Assembly: GCF_009914755.1 (NCBI RefSeq)
Contig: NC_060927.1
Reading direction: 5' to 3' (one strand)
Length of the DNA: 64,000 bases
Source of the DNA: the human T2T-CHM13v2.0 reference genome, Homo sapiens
How positions within the stretch are numbered: the stretch's first letter is position 1; every line of letters begins with the position of its first letter. The notes under the pieces were generated by a model. It searched no databases and had not been told where the DNA came from. It saw nothing but the letters and a program-made list of their open reading frames with translations. Both the position numbers and the translations under genes were made by a program. Positions 51,556-64,000 of the stretch are shown here, one piece after another.

Positions 51556-54109
51556 CAGTGGAAGGAAAAACATTAATACCTTATGTGGATCACGTTCCTT
51601 GCTGCTAGGATCACAAACTGCTGTATCTCATCAAATGTCAGGGTCCTGTGCTCCTTCCTGCTCACAATCCTCCCTCCACACTGTGCTGACCCTTCTCCCT
51701 CTGACCTGTCCCACAGAGTGGGGTAAGGAAGCTGGCAGACAGAGCCATACCGAGTAGGTTTAAGGGAGGGACGAGGATGGTTCGAATTATAGTTTTCTAG
51801 GGCTTGAAAGGGGATTGTGTGAGTGACACAGAACAGCTGTTTCCACTTAAAATTGATTAGCAAGTATCGCTACAAATGAACTCAGAATTTAAAACAAAGC
51901 TCCATGGAAACGAATCATTCTAAATCATTCTAAACTGGCTGAAGTAAAGAAGTTTCTCCAGCTGATGACTAAAAAGTTCTCCTTTGGCCCTGCCTCTCCC
52001 CACTGGCCAGCCCTCTTCGAGGTTACACAGTAGAGATGGGATGAATCCCAATTCTTCCCTGCTAGCTGCTTGTCACGAATTTTAACTGGCCCCAGGCAAA
52101 TGCCCTGGCACTGTCTGCAAAGCTGGAGGTAAAAATATCACCGGAGACAGAGGCAGCTGGGTTAGCCTGGCTCTGCTTTGGGGCAAGAGCCACACTCTTG
52201 GTGATTAACCTCAGAGCCTCCCTTGAGCCTCTTAGAATTGGTCCATCACTGCACTCAATAGTGAGTAACTGATGGGCTGCTGGACAGTGCTCTATCTATT
52301 AGCCCTGCAACACCTGGGAAGTTAAAACATAAAATACTGTTTGGTTTTTGAAATGGTCTCATTAGAGAGTTGAGTCTAATTCACAGAAACAAATAACCCT
52401 AAGGTGTGATACTCAAGGAAATTACAGAATCCTTAATGGCATACAATTGGGCAGTCTTAGAACATCTGATACAGGAAGTAAACCAAACAAAGAACATCAG
52501 TTTTTGAGGATAAATTTAAAGTACCTCAGCTATAAGCCCCAGTAAAGACAAGTTGTAGTATATCTTCTGGTCATCTAACTAATGGAAGTCACATTTTATT
52601 CCCATTATACTGGACACACATTAGCAAGCTCTGATCTCTCTAAAATTAGATCTTTGCAGAGATAGAGTTGGCTCATCCTGACAGGGCTGATGGGTGGTGA
52701 GGGCTCTAACGGCAACATGTTCCATCTGGGCAGATATTGTTCAGCTCAGCTTTATAAAGTGTTCTTTGTGCTTCAAGAGTTGATGTACTACTATGTGGCA
52801 TGACCAAACAAAACTCAGTGGCCTACTTATTTTTCCACTTCTGCTTCCCACACAGAATAAGTCCGTAGCTGGTCCTAGCCAAACATCCCTACCCTCCCAA
52901 CAAGAACTGGAAGATGCCATTTAGTCACTTTCCTACATTTAAAAACATGTGTCAAGATCATGGCTCAGGAACCATAGATAATCAAGACCCAGGGGGTTGT
53001 ATGTTCTTTGGTCAAAGAGATTGAATGATACTCACTCAGAGGCTGTACCAATTTTAGGTTTTTACATTATCTTCTTTAATTGGAAGAACTCCCACTTGGG
53101 CAGAGTTAAAATAAACCCAATGTTTAATGCTTCCCTGGGGTAAAGCTAAAATGTGTATTAATTGTGGAATGGTGGCACGAACACAATCCCATGGCCCTAT
53201 GCTGTGAAGAGCAGAGAAAGAAACATGGCCTGATCTGGAGAGAAAGTTCTCCAAATGTCAGCTGGGAAGGATCTTTAGCTGGTGAAAAGAGGAAGCAGAG
53301 CGGGGAGATGGTGACACCAAAGTCCTCTTGCCCAAAGTTACATCTATAAGGTTCTGTGATAATGTGTCTGGATTTCTGAGCAGACAAGTTGTATTATAGT
53401 TGGCTGACGCAGCCAGAATTGACGGACATTAGGGATGGGGAGTTGGAGGGCTTGGAGGTTAAGATGTGCAGAAGAAACGGCCCAGGCAGAAACATTTCCC
53501 ACATCTTTAGCCATTAGAAACCACCTGTCACTCACGAGATAAATTTGGCCCCTTGGGCAAAGGGGGTTGCTGGATTTCTTTCATTTTTGTCATGAATCCA
53601 TCCAACATTTAAAATATGTCAAGGAGTTTGCCATCAGTGAAGACACAAGTGTAATTACGGCATAATCTCTGCCCTCAAACTTGCTCCTATTTTGGGGAAG
53701 AGAGAAAGTAAACAGGCAGCTTCGATTTCTTGTGCTCAGTGTGCTGAGAGGGACTGGATGGGAAGCTCTGGGAGCATATAGGACTGGCAGATATTACAAA
53801 TTTGGTGGCAAGAGGATCTCTGCTATATTGTGGTGCTTCCCAGAAGAGTTGGTTACAACCAGCAAATGATATTCTATGCAGTGAATTGCCTTGGGGATAT
53901 ACCTTTAGGTTGGCACTGACAATGATGTATCACAATGATGTTAAGAAGATACCTTCTTGGCCCCATATCAGGCACGTAAATATGAAATAATGCACCCTGG
54001 GCATTGGATAAACTCTGACCTTCTGACATGGTCCAAAAATACAACTCTGGGGAAAACTAGGCCTGCTGGGAATCAGGAGGATATAATCAGGGAATGAGAA
54101 GGAAAAACA

Positions 54110-54410
54110 TATTGACAATATTAAGAGCAAATTCATACTGAGCACTTAAGACGTTTTACCAGGGTTACTGCATTTGATTCTGTCAACAAGCCACCGAGGA
54201 AGGAGCTATTATTTCCATTTCATAGATGAGTAACTGAGGCTCAGAGAGGTCAAGTAGCTTGCACATGATCACACAGATACTATGTGGTGGGTGCAGGAGT
54301 CAATCTCAATTCTGATCCTAGGGTTGCAGTGAGGATTAAATAAGTTAATACTCCCAAAGTGCTAGGAACAGGGCCTGAAATACAGTCAGCACTCAATAAT
54401 CGTTGACCAT
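54110..54410. mobile_element. Two MIR fragments in opposite orientation
   Basis: ccatttcatagatgagtaactgaggctcagagaggtcaagtagcttgc, then agggttgcagtgaggattaaataagttaata...cactcaataa. Confidence 0.75.
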
Positions 54411-54963
54411 GATTACTAACACAGACAAATCTCTGTCACAGACCTCCTCCAAGAGAAAAACAAATGATCTCCCCTCAAAGAACCAATCTAATGTCAACCC
54501 CTCAGTGATTAAAAACACTAATTATCTGGCTGAAAAGGAGGAAAAAAATGAGCCAAGAACTTGCCAGCTCCCTCTGTCCAACTAGCCATCAGGTCCACCA
54601 AGAAATGAGAACATGGTCACTATGGCCAGGGCAGCCCTCCTCAGAGACAAGCTCCTGCCCGAGGAGCTACTGCTCCTGCACAACAGGGCAACAGCCCTCC
54701 CAGGAGCCCACACCAAAGGAGAACTCCTGCCTCATTGCCCCTCACTTTCCTCTCAGGTTGGATGTCTCAGTGTTACTGAGATTAAAATACTTTCCTTAGT
54801 CAAAATCCTCCTGATTCCCACAGCAGCAGGAGGGTGTGAGGTCTTTATGGGGGCTGAAAGATGAGATTTGGTGAATTACACTTTCCACCCTTGTTTTTCT
54901 CCCCCAGAAGATGTAGATCCTCTGGCTACAGGGATAAGCAGACACCTGTTTTCTTTCTTTTAA

Positions 54964-55366
<403 letters not shown>

Positions 55367-57489
55367 TCATTTTCTTCCTTCTCTCCCCATCCCAATCTGT
55401 TTGGAGGCCTTTGCATCCCAATGGGATTTCTAGTAGATTGTTATAACCACCAGCAGTGGGGCTGGATGTTGATGTAGTCTTTTTATTTTTACTATTTCTC
55501 AAGCTACTTTCAAAAACTACACCTCAGGTTGTTTCACCATTGACTAATAAATGTTCTTAAATACATTTTACCCTTCTCTCAGTAAATCAAGGCTAGAATA
55601 TTTAGACAGGAAAATGAGAAATAAACAACTGAGAACGATATTAGGAAGAAGCTGTCATTCCTGCAATCTTTAAAATAAAATAGATAAGCAAGTATTTTTG
55701 TGTTATTTCTTTGAAGAACTCAAAGTAACATCCAATTAACCCTGTGAAATAAATATGAGAGAAATATTAGGTGCATTTTTCTCATGAGAAAAACAGAGGA
55801 GAAAAGTGATTTGCTTGTTCACAACACATCATGTAGTTAAGCAGAGCTTGTAACTACATACAGACCTCACAATTAGCCAGTAAATGTAATAGCTAACCAT
55901 CGGGAAGCATGAAGTGGCCCAAATAAGACAAAACAACCCATCTGTCACAAATGGCTGCTATTTGTGGGGTACGAACTTGCCAGAGTCCTCACCAGTTCTC
56001 CCTGACATGGAGTGGGGTCTCAGTGGCCATTCCTGGGCCTTTACTCAACCTGCGATACCCAGTTCTGCTACCTGCCTGAAGGTATAAGACCCCCTGTCTA
56101 CACAAATGTAGACGTTGCTTGAATCCTGGAGACTTGTTGCATGGGACAGAGGCAAGGCAAAGAGGGTTAGTGATGAGAGATGCTAAAATTAACTGAAGAT
56201 CTCTTGGGAGAGATGAGCTTGAGCTTGGCCACGCAAGATGTGTTGTCAAGGTGGAGAGGAAAGTAAAAAGGCGTCAGAGAAGGCCACTAGCTCTAGGTCT
56301 TTGGGCAAGTTTCTTATCTTGACCTTGATTTCTTATAACAAATAACTTTGACTTATAATAAATAACTGTCAAACTAAAAACAAACCAACTACTATGTAAA
56401 GATAACAGAAATTGCCACAAATTTGGCTTCTTGAAGTGGCAGCTAATACAATAAATATGGGAGCTCATTCATTGCAGATCCAATCAATAACTGGGCGCTA
56501 GTCTAATAACCAGGTCCCTGGTACCTGATTTGACAAAGTCCTTCAAAGGAGTTTGAGAATGAAAGCCAAAAAGACTATGGTCCTCAAGGTGCGCCCCAAA
56601 CAGCCAGGACACAGGCTTCCTGAGTTCTCTCCTGGGGAGTCCTATAAATGTCCTTTTTGACCTTGGCAAACCACTTTGGCTGCTGCCTCATGTTTTCTAT
56701 CTGCAAACAGTAGCTAATGAGTGATACCTTCCCATGGGGTTTGGGGTGGATTAATTAGTGAATGTCTGTCATTTGCTTTGAAGACCAGAGCTCTACCTAA
56801 TGTAAATGAGAAGTTAATTCCCTGAGAAAAAGACGCTGCCTCACAGGACAGTGGCTGTTCTCCATCTGAAGGGATAAGATCTTCCCCGCGTTTTCATCTG
56901 TCAGAAGAAAGGGGTTTGTTTAATTAGCAGGCAATGTTTTTCTGGAACCAGCCTCTGAATTAGCAAAGAGGCTGCAACTCCCAGTGTATTATTATCATTT
57001 GTCTTTTCCGCTGCTGACATTTGCAGTCTGTTGCAAGTCACAAATTCCTAAAGGATAGACATACTGGGGAGAAACTAAGTGGGGAAGGTGACAAGCCAGT
57101 AAGGATGTCTGCTGAAATTGAAATTTAAAACCTCGCAAGAAACATCTGCAAGCTTATCTGGGCAAAATGGTAGCAGAGAAAGTCAAGGTCTGGTGGGACT
57201 AGGGGTAAACGCCTTCCCATTTTGTGTTTCTATTTTCCTGTCTCTGAAACAGGGATGACAGTCTTCAGCGTTTTGTTCCTTTGGCATGTTATATGGGCTG
57301 GTGCTGTCACCTGTGTCCACTGCTTCACGATTTTTGCCACAGCTTGCCCTATAAACATGAGTTGTTTTTCCATTGGAGATAGATCCCACTTAGTTCCCTG
57401 CCACCTGGATGGTATCTTTGGAGTGGCAGAGATGACAGTTTTTAACCACTGTCAAAAGTTATTTTGCTTGTTTGCTTATTGATAGGCTG

Positions 57490-57615
57490 CCACTCTCTAC
57501 TACACCAATGGTTCCACGAGGGCAGGCCCTTCATCCATCTTACTATCGTATCCTCAGTGCCTGGAACTTGCCTGGTGCATAGTAGTTGCTCAATGAATAC
57601 TGTTTGAGTGAATTA
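57490..57615 (+). mobile_element. L2 3' end
   Basis: ttccacgagggcagg...gtatcctcagtgcctggaac...tagtagttgctcaatgaat. Confidence 0.7.
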
Positions 57616-57696
57616 CTGCCTGTCATCTGTACACTACTGTTCCAATGACATCAGATTCCTGTTTAGAAGAGGAGGAAGTCTCCATATCCAAAGCAT

Positions 57697-58530
57697 TGTG
57701 GGTTGAATTATGTGTTAGTCTTCTTGTGTTGCTATAAAGAAATACCTGAGGCTGGGTGACTTATAAAGAAAAGAGGTTTAGTTGGCTCATGGTTCTGCAG
57801 GCTGTCCAGAAGGCATGGCACTGCCAGCTTCTGGTGAGGCCTCAGGGAACTTTTACTCATGGCAGAAGGTGAAGTGGGAACAGGCACAGCACATGGTGGA
57901 GGGTAAGGTGCCACACTCTTTTAAATAACCAGATCGCATGTGAACTACCAGAGGCAGAACTCGAACTTGCTTATCACCAAAGGGATGGCACTAAGCCATT
58001 CATGATCAAATCCCCTCCCATCAGGCCCCACTTCCAACATTGGGAATCGCATTTCAACATGATTTTGGAGGGGAAAAACAATCATATGCCCCCAAAAGAT
58101 ATGTTCAAGCCTTAACCCCTAATACCTGTACATGTGGCCTTATTTGGAAGTAAGATCTTTTGCAGATATAATTAAGATGAGATGAGGTCATAGCATGGAT
58201 CCCTAACTCCAATATAACTGGGGCCTTTAAAAGAAGAGAGAAATTTGTACATAGAGACACAGACACATGGAGGAGAATGCCATGTGAAGACAAAGGAAGG
58301 GATTGGAGTGGTGCATCCATAAGCTAAGGAATACTAAGGATTGCCAGCAATCGTCACAGGCTAGAAGAGGCAAGGAAAGATTCTTCCCTAGAGCTATTGG
58401 AGGGAGCATGGACCTGCTGACACCATCATTTCAAACATCTAGCCTTTAGAACTGTGAGAGAATACATTTCTGTTGTTTTAAGCCACCCAGTTTGTGGTAC
58501 TTTGTTATATCAACCCTAGGAAACTAATGC
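57697..58530 (+). mobile_element. MLT1C solo LTR interrupted near its 5' end by an MST LTR
   Basis: tgtgggttgaatta|...|tgcccccaaaagatatgttcaagccttaacccc...gaactgtgagagaatacatttctgttgttttaagccacccagtttgtggtactttgtta...ggaaactaat. Confidence 0.88.
57711..58086 (-). mobile_element. MST (MSTB-like) MaLR LTR
   Basis: tgtgttagtc...gctataaagaaatacctgaggctgggt...tggctcatggttctgcaggctg...caggccccacttccaacattggg. Confidence 0.88.
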
Positions 58531-59162
58531 CTGAAGGTTATCACAGTCTAACAAGAAACCCTTTGGGGAATGAAACAGGAAGTCCTGCTCACCGTTGCTT
58601 AGAAGCTCCGTTTACTATGACCTCCACTGCGGAGCAAGGCAGTATGTTTTTAATCACAGCAGATTTATCATAGTGGTAACAGATTGTGGATAGGAAGGGA
58701 CGGAAATAGGTAGAATTATTGAAGCTTCCCTTTGTGCCAAGGATCCTCCTGACCCTTGCTGGTCTGTCTGGTCTTCAAGTATGGCCACCTGAGGTCCTTC
58801 CCACATTTCTCCCAGGGTTAGCTTTACTTGGCATGTTCACCCCCATGAATACTACCAGCTCTTCATTGGCTGCCTTTCATTTTGAGGCTTTGTGTTCTAC
58901 TTTGTGTGGTCTGTATTCTGTTTCTCGTGAAACCACTGCAGCCTGAGTGACAGTTATGTTTTAGGGTATTTTTTCTCATACTTAATGGTTATATTATCAG
59001 TAAGGTCCAAAGAGTCAGCTGAAATGGTACATCCATTGCTCTGAATTATACTTCCTTTTCTAACTAAGGAATATTTAAGAATTCAATTCAAATATAGAGG
59101 GAATATCAATGGTTCTTGGTTCTGATTTTTAGCTCTTTAAGGAAGACTCTATTCACTCTAGA

Positions 59163-59293
59163 GTAGTGATTCTCAAACTTGTTTAGGCTATAGACCCTTT
59201 GGGAGTCTGAGGATGTTATAGAGTCTCTTCCCAGGTAAGTGAATATCCACACAACATCTGGATGAGGCCTTGTGTCCCAAGTTAGGAACCCTT
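59163..59293. mobile_element. MER103-like hAT remnant
   Basis: tagaccctttgggagtctga...ccaagttaggaaccc. Confidence 0.5.
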
Positions 59294-59462
59294 GTTCTAC
59301 CCTAACTGGATCATCTTTTCCTTCATCTCAGTTTGGCAAAAAGGGAAGCCACTTGGCCCTTCCAATGACTTCTCAGGAGAAGGGCTAGTTGTTGGAAGAC
59401 AGTGGAGTCCTGACCTTTTGGTTGCTCTCATCTCTTTTTTCTTTTTTTAGATAATTCGCCAG

Positions 59463-59936
59463 TGTGATTATTAATCTTATGTATTAACTTGACAGGGACA
59501 TGAGGTACCCAGATATTTGGTCAAATATTTTTCCGGGCGTGTCTGTGAGGGTGTTTCTGGATGAGATTAACATTTAAATCAGTAGACTGAGCAAAGCAGA
59601 TGACCATTATAATGTGGGTGGACCTCACCAGTTGAAGGCCAGACTAGAACTAAGAGACTGAGGAAGAGAGTCTTCAATCTCTCTGGCTTGCAATTGAGGC
59701 ATCAGTCTTCTGCCTTTGGACTGGAATTTATACTATTGGCTCACCTGGTTTTCAGAACTTCAGATTCAGACTGAGCAACACCATTGGCTCTCCTGGACCT
59801 TCAGCTTACCAAGTGTGGATCTTGGGACTTCTCAGTCTCCATAACTACTGCATGAGCCCATGCCTTATAATAAATGTATGTATGTATCTATCTAATCTCA
59901 TTGGTTCTGTTTCTCTGGAGAAATTTGACTAATACA
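59463..59936 (+). mobile_element. ERVL solo LTR (MLT2C/D-like) with 5-bp TSD
   Basis: TG...CA ends; gtgtctgtgagggtgtttctggatgagattaacattt; attggttctgtttctctggagaa...gactaataca; TSD gccag/accag. Confidence 0.88.
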
Positions 59937-60171
59937 ACCAGGGGAAGAGGCAACAGGATCTACACCTCATTTTACCTTTGAACTAGTTCTTCCTCAGTGG
60001 TTCTTGGCATTTTTTTGTGTATGTGTTCAAACCAGAAACTCCTAGGAATATTTCTGGTGTATTAACTAGTATAACATAGTATGCTTACAGATTTTAAGAA
60101 AAAGTCTACCAGACTAGGGAGTCTGACATGGTCTTCACACAACTGTAATCATAAGAGGTGGTTTTGTTTTA

Positions 60172-61144
60172 CTTACAGCCAACTGATCTTTGATAAAGCC
60201 AATAAGAACTAACATTGGGGAAAAGACACCAAAGAACACGAATAGACATTTCTCCAAAAAAACAAAACAAAACAAAACAAACAAAAAACCATACAAATGG
60301 CCAGTAGGTGTATGAAAAAATGCTTACCATCACTAATCATCAGAGAAATGCAAATCAAAACTACAATGAGATATCTTGTTCCAGGCAGAGTGGCTGTTAT
60401 TAAATAGACAAAAATAACAAATGTTGGTGAGGATTTGGAGAAACGGGAACTCTTATATACCGTTGGTGGGAATGTAAACTAGAACAGCCACTGTGGAAAT
60501 TGCATAACAATTTCTGAAAAAACTGAAAATAGAATTACCATTGGATCCAGCAATCCCACTACTGGGAATCTACCCAAAGTAGAAGAAATCAATATATCAG
60601 AAGAATACCTGTTTATTGCAGCACTATTGACAATAGCAGAGATACGGAATCAACCTAAGTGTTCATCAATGAATGAATGGATAAAGTAAATGTGGTGTAT
60701 ATATACACAATGGAATACAATTCAGCCTTAAGAAGAATAAAACCATGTCATTTGCAGCAACATGGATAGAACTGGAGGTCATCATCTTAAGTGGAATAAG
60801 CCAGCCACAGAAAGACAGATACTGCTTGTTCTTACTCATATATTGGAGCTTAAAAAATTGATTACATGGAGGTAGAGAGTGTAAAAGATAGATAACAGAT
60901 ACTGGGAAGGGTGAGTGTGGGGAGGGGGAAGATGAAGAGAAGTGACTTAAAGGGTGCAAAGATACAGTGAGATAGAAGGAATAAATTAAATGTTTGATAG
61001 CAGAGTAGGGTGACTATACTTAAGAAAAATATATCGTACTCAAGTGATGAACACCTAAACATACTGACTTGATCGGTACACATTATATACATGTAACAAA
61101 ATTTTAAATGTACTCTATATTTGTACAAATAAAACCTAAAAAAA
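60172..61144 (+). mobile_element. L1MA5-like 3' end, with an apparent internal deletion near 60230 and a (caaaa)n tract
   Basis: cagccaactgatctttgataaag; catcactaatcatcagagaaatgcaaatcaaaac; 3' UTR gatagcagagtagggtgactata...ttgtacaaataaaa. Confidence 0.88.
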
Positions 61145-61863
61145 GATAAGTTATGTTTGCTTTTTTTCCCTCAACATACAGCTCCATTTATAATACATAT
61201 GCACCCTGAGGATACTGATATTTAAAAAATGGATTCTTGAAACTGGCTTATGTTAGTCTTTGGTTTGTCAGTTTAAGAAAAAGGTTACCTAATTTTCCAA
61301 TTATTTAGTTGGTCATATATACTTTGTCCCAATGTATACATTTTCTTTTCCACTATATTTGTCAGTCTGCTCTTGGTGGTAGAGGTAACAATCCAGGTGG
61401 AAGTTACGTCCCCCTGAGAAGAGGCAGCTGCTTTTCGCTATTATCAGAATCACCACTCTCCTTTACTTGACCTAAAGTACCTGCTCTATTGGGAGGGGGT
61501 AGAGGGAGGGGCAGAACAGCACCAGCCTTCCTTGAACAAGAGCCACTGAATTAGTGGGAGCAAGGTGGGGTCATTGCAATGTTCCCCAGGCAGTGGGTGA
61601 GCCTTGTCTAAGTCCAGAAACCTCTCCCTCTCCATTCCCACAGCACATCCTGGATCCTGAAGCTCCAACCGCAAGCCTAGTGGGGAACCACTGTTGTGTC
61701 AGACCAATCTGGTTTTCAGTTGCAGCCAGGGACCTTCCTCTTACTAGTGTGTGACCTAGGACAAGTTCCTTAATCTCTGGAAGCAGCGTGTGCCTAGGGC
61801 TGAGTGAGAATGATAGTAAATGGAAAGCACTCGAAGGCAGTGCCAACGAACTGTGGATGCTCA

Positions 61864-62169
<306 letters not shown>

Positions 62170-62504
62170 CAGTAGCTTATTTCCTAGCAATCTGCACTAA
62201 AACTCTCATGGCAGCCTCTTAAAGGGCCTCCTTTCTCTTCTGCCTCTTCCACCTTGTACACTAATTCAGCTTAATCTTTTAAAAATAATGTCAGTTCCCT
62301 GAACAAACATTTTCCATGGAAAAATATTTAATAGTGTCCCAAATCCTTTACTCTGGCTGGTAAGATTGTGGATGCCTAATATTTTCTTCTTTGTTTCTGT
62401 CTCTTCTTATTAACCAGAAAAAAAAAAAAAAAAAACCTTCCACACTTTTCCTTTTTCCATAGTAGTGAGAACAGTTCTGAGATCACTCTCTGGTGGCCCT
62501 CCTT

Positions 62505-62650
62505 GAATTTGTCTTTATTGGCTGTGTCACCATGTCACTTACCCTCCCTCGATCCCAGATTATCCACACCTGTAAAATACAGTTCATACAAGGACTGAAT
62601 GAGAAAATGCATGTAAAACACCCAACACAGTCCTTAAGCAATGGAAGCTT
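62505..62650 (+). mobile_element. MIR
   Basis: gtcacttaccctc...cctgtaaaat...aatgagaaaatgcatgtaaaacacccaacacagt. Confidence 0.65.
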
Positions 62651-63529
62651 GGGTACTGAGAAGTGCCTGTAATACTGGCCTTGTTAAGTATTTGTTAACA
62701 GATCAGTGGAACACAATCAACTACTTCTCTCTCATTTCCTAACCCTCTATAACCTAAAACCTTACCCTTGGCCTCAGTTCAGAGTTCACTGTCAGACTGG
62801 GTTTTATTTTGGTAGGGTCAGCCTGGCTGTCCTTGTGTTTTCATCTGTCTCTGACTGCATGCTTCCAAGGCCATGGCACTGTCTTCCACACCACATGGGC
62901 AAATCCAGGAGTAAAGGCTTCCTAAATTTTGTTAAGGGTGAGAGTGTTGTGCATAGGAGAAACTGACAGCCAGAGACACCCTTGGAAGGCCGTGGCCAGT
63001 TCCACAGGACATGTCCACTTGGGCTGTATGGGGTCTTCAAACCTTTGGACCTCATGCTGGTCAGTACTATGAGCAGCAGCCTCAAAAGGGATAGCTGTGG
63101 ACTATCTATTGGTGCCTTGTCAGTTACTATTTAAAGCAAGTCCTGCAGACCTGGTCTCTGCCTCTAGGATCAGCTCAGGGCAAACAGAGGAGTGGATCAG
63201 ACATCACTTGTGCATTTTCTGGAATGTACAGACATGCCCTCAATAAAGAGTTAGGCATCATAATATGTCCTGGTTCAGTATATTGTTCATATCTGTTTTT
63301 TAATGGTTGAAACTCTAATATCACTTGGTATTGGTTTTCTATTCATGCATGCAAGTGCTCTGCGAAAACTTTATGTATTCATTTGTATGTGAGTATTTGT
63401 AAAAACCTCAATAAAAAGTTATTAGCAATAATGGAAAGAAAAAGTATAAAAATCTTGGATGTGCAGTAAAAGGAGATTTTGACTATTTTCAGACCCACAC
63501 TAGATCTCAAGTCATCAGGATTCCTTGAG

Positions 63530-64000
63530 GCATCGAGGTCACCATTGTCTCTTGCCTAATACAACAGCCTGCTAAGTGGTCTCCCAGACACTACACTTGC
63601 TTTCCTGCAATTCTCCACACAGCAACCAGAGTGATCTGTAAAATAGTCAATTAGGTCACATTATTCCCTTCCTTAAAACTCTTTGATGGACACTTAGTTC
63701 ACTTAGAATAAAATCTCCCCTCTTAACTTTGCCTGCCGGCCCTGCGTGATCTGTCTGCCTCATTGCTTTCTTCAGCCTTCCTTCCTCCCTCTTCTCTCCC
63801 TCTCACCATTCTCAGCCACACTGGCCTTCTTTCTGTTTCTTCAATGCACTCAGCTCCCCTCTACAACGTGCCCCCTCCCCCCAGGCCTTTGCATGTGCTG
63901 GTCCTTCTGCATGGGATGGTCTTCTCTCAGCTGCTCATGAGGGTGGCTCCTTCTCATTTTCACTTTTAGAAAGCCCTTCCCCAACTACCTTCTCTAATGT
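63530..64000 (+). mobile_element. L2 (runs off the window end)
   Basis: tctccacacagcaaccagagtgatct...cagccacactggccttctttctgtttc...caggcctttgcatgtgctg. Confidence 0.8.

Overview
Primate (almost certainly human) genomic DNA, CpG-depleted and dense in interspersed repeats. It holds the 3' end of SLC9A9 (NHE9, endosomal Na+/H+ exchanger; human chr3q24, from recall) on the minus strand. Going down in coordinates: about 57.7 kb of one very large intron (6321-64000; the upstream exon is outside the window), a 106-nt coding exon (6215-6320), the last intron (4270-6214), the terminal exon CDS (4042-4269), a 3' UTR of about 1.5 kb, and a poly(A) signal at 2578-2583. The large intron is a mosaic of Alu, L1, L2, MIR, MaLR/ERVL LTRs and hAT/Tigger MITEs. 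Repeat subfamily names come from recognising consensus motifs by eye and their boundaries are approximate. Apart from 4042-4248, the ORF-track ORFs look spurious or repeat-derived. I found no new protein-coding or multi-gene system. The best leads are regulatory or structural: a MER81 copy with two NF-kB sites directly next to a perfect ARE; a 28-nt let-7/miR-135/miR-124 seed cluster that proximal polyadenylation would remove; splice features around the penultimate exon (in-frame +9 acceptor, NMD-escaping skip, candidate recursive site, candidate poison microexon); and several small rearrangement scars.
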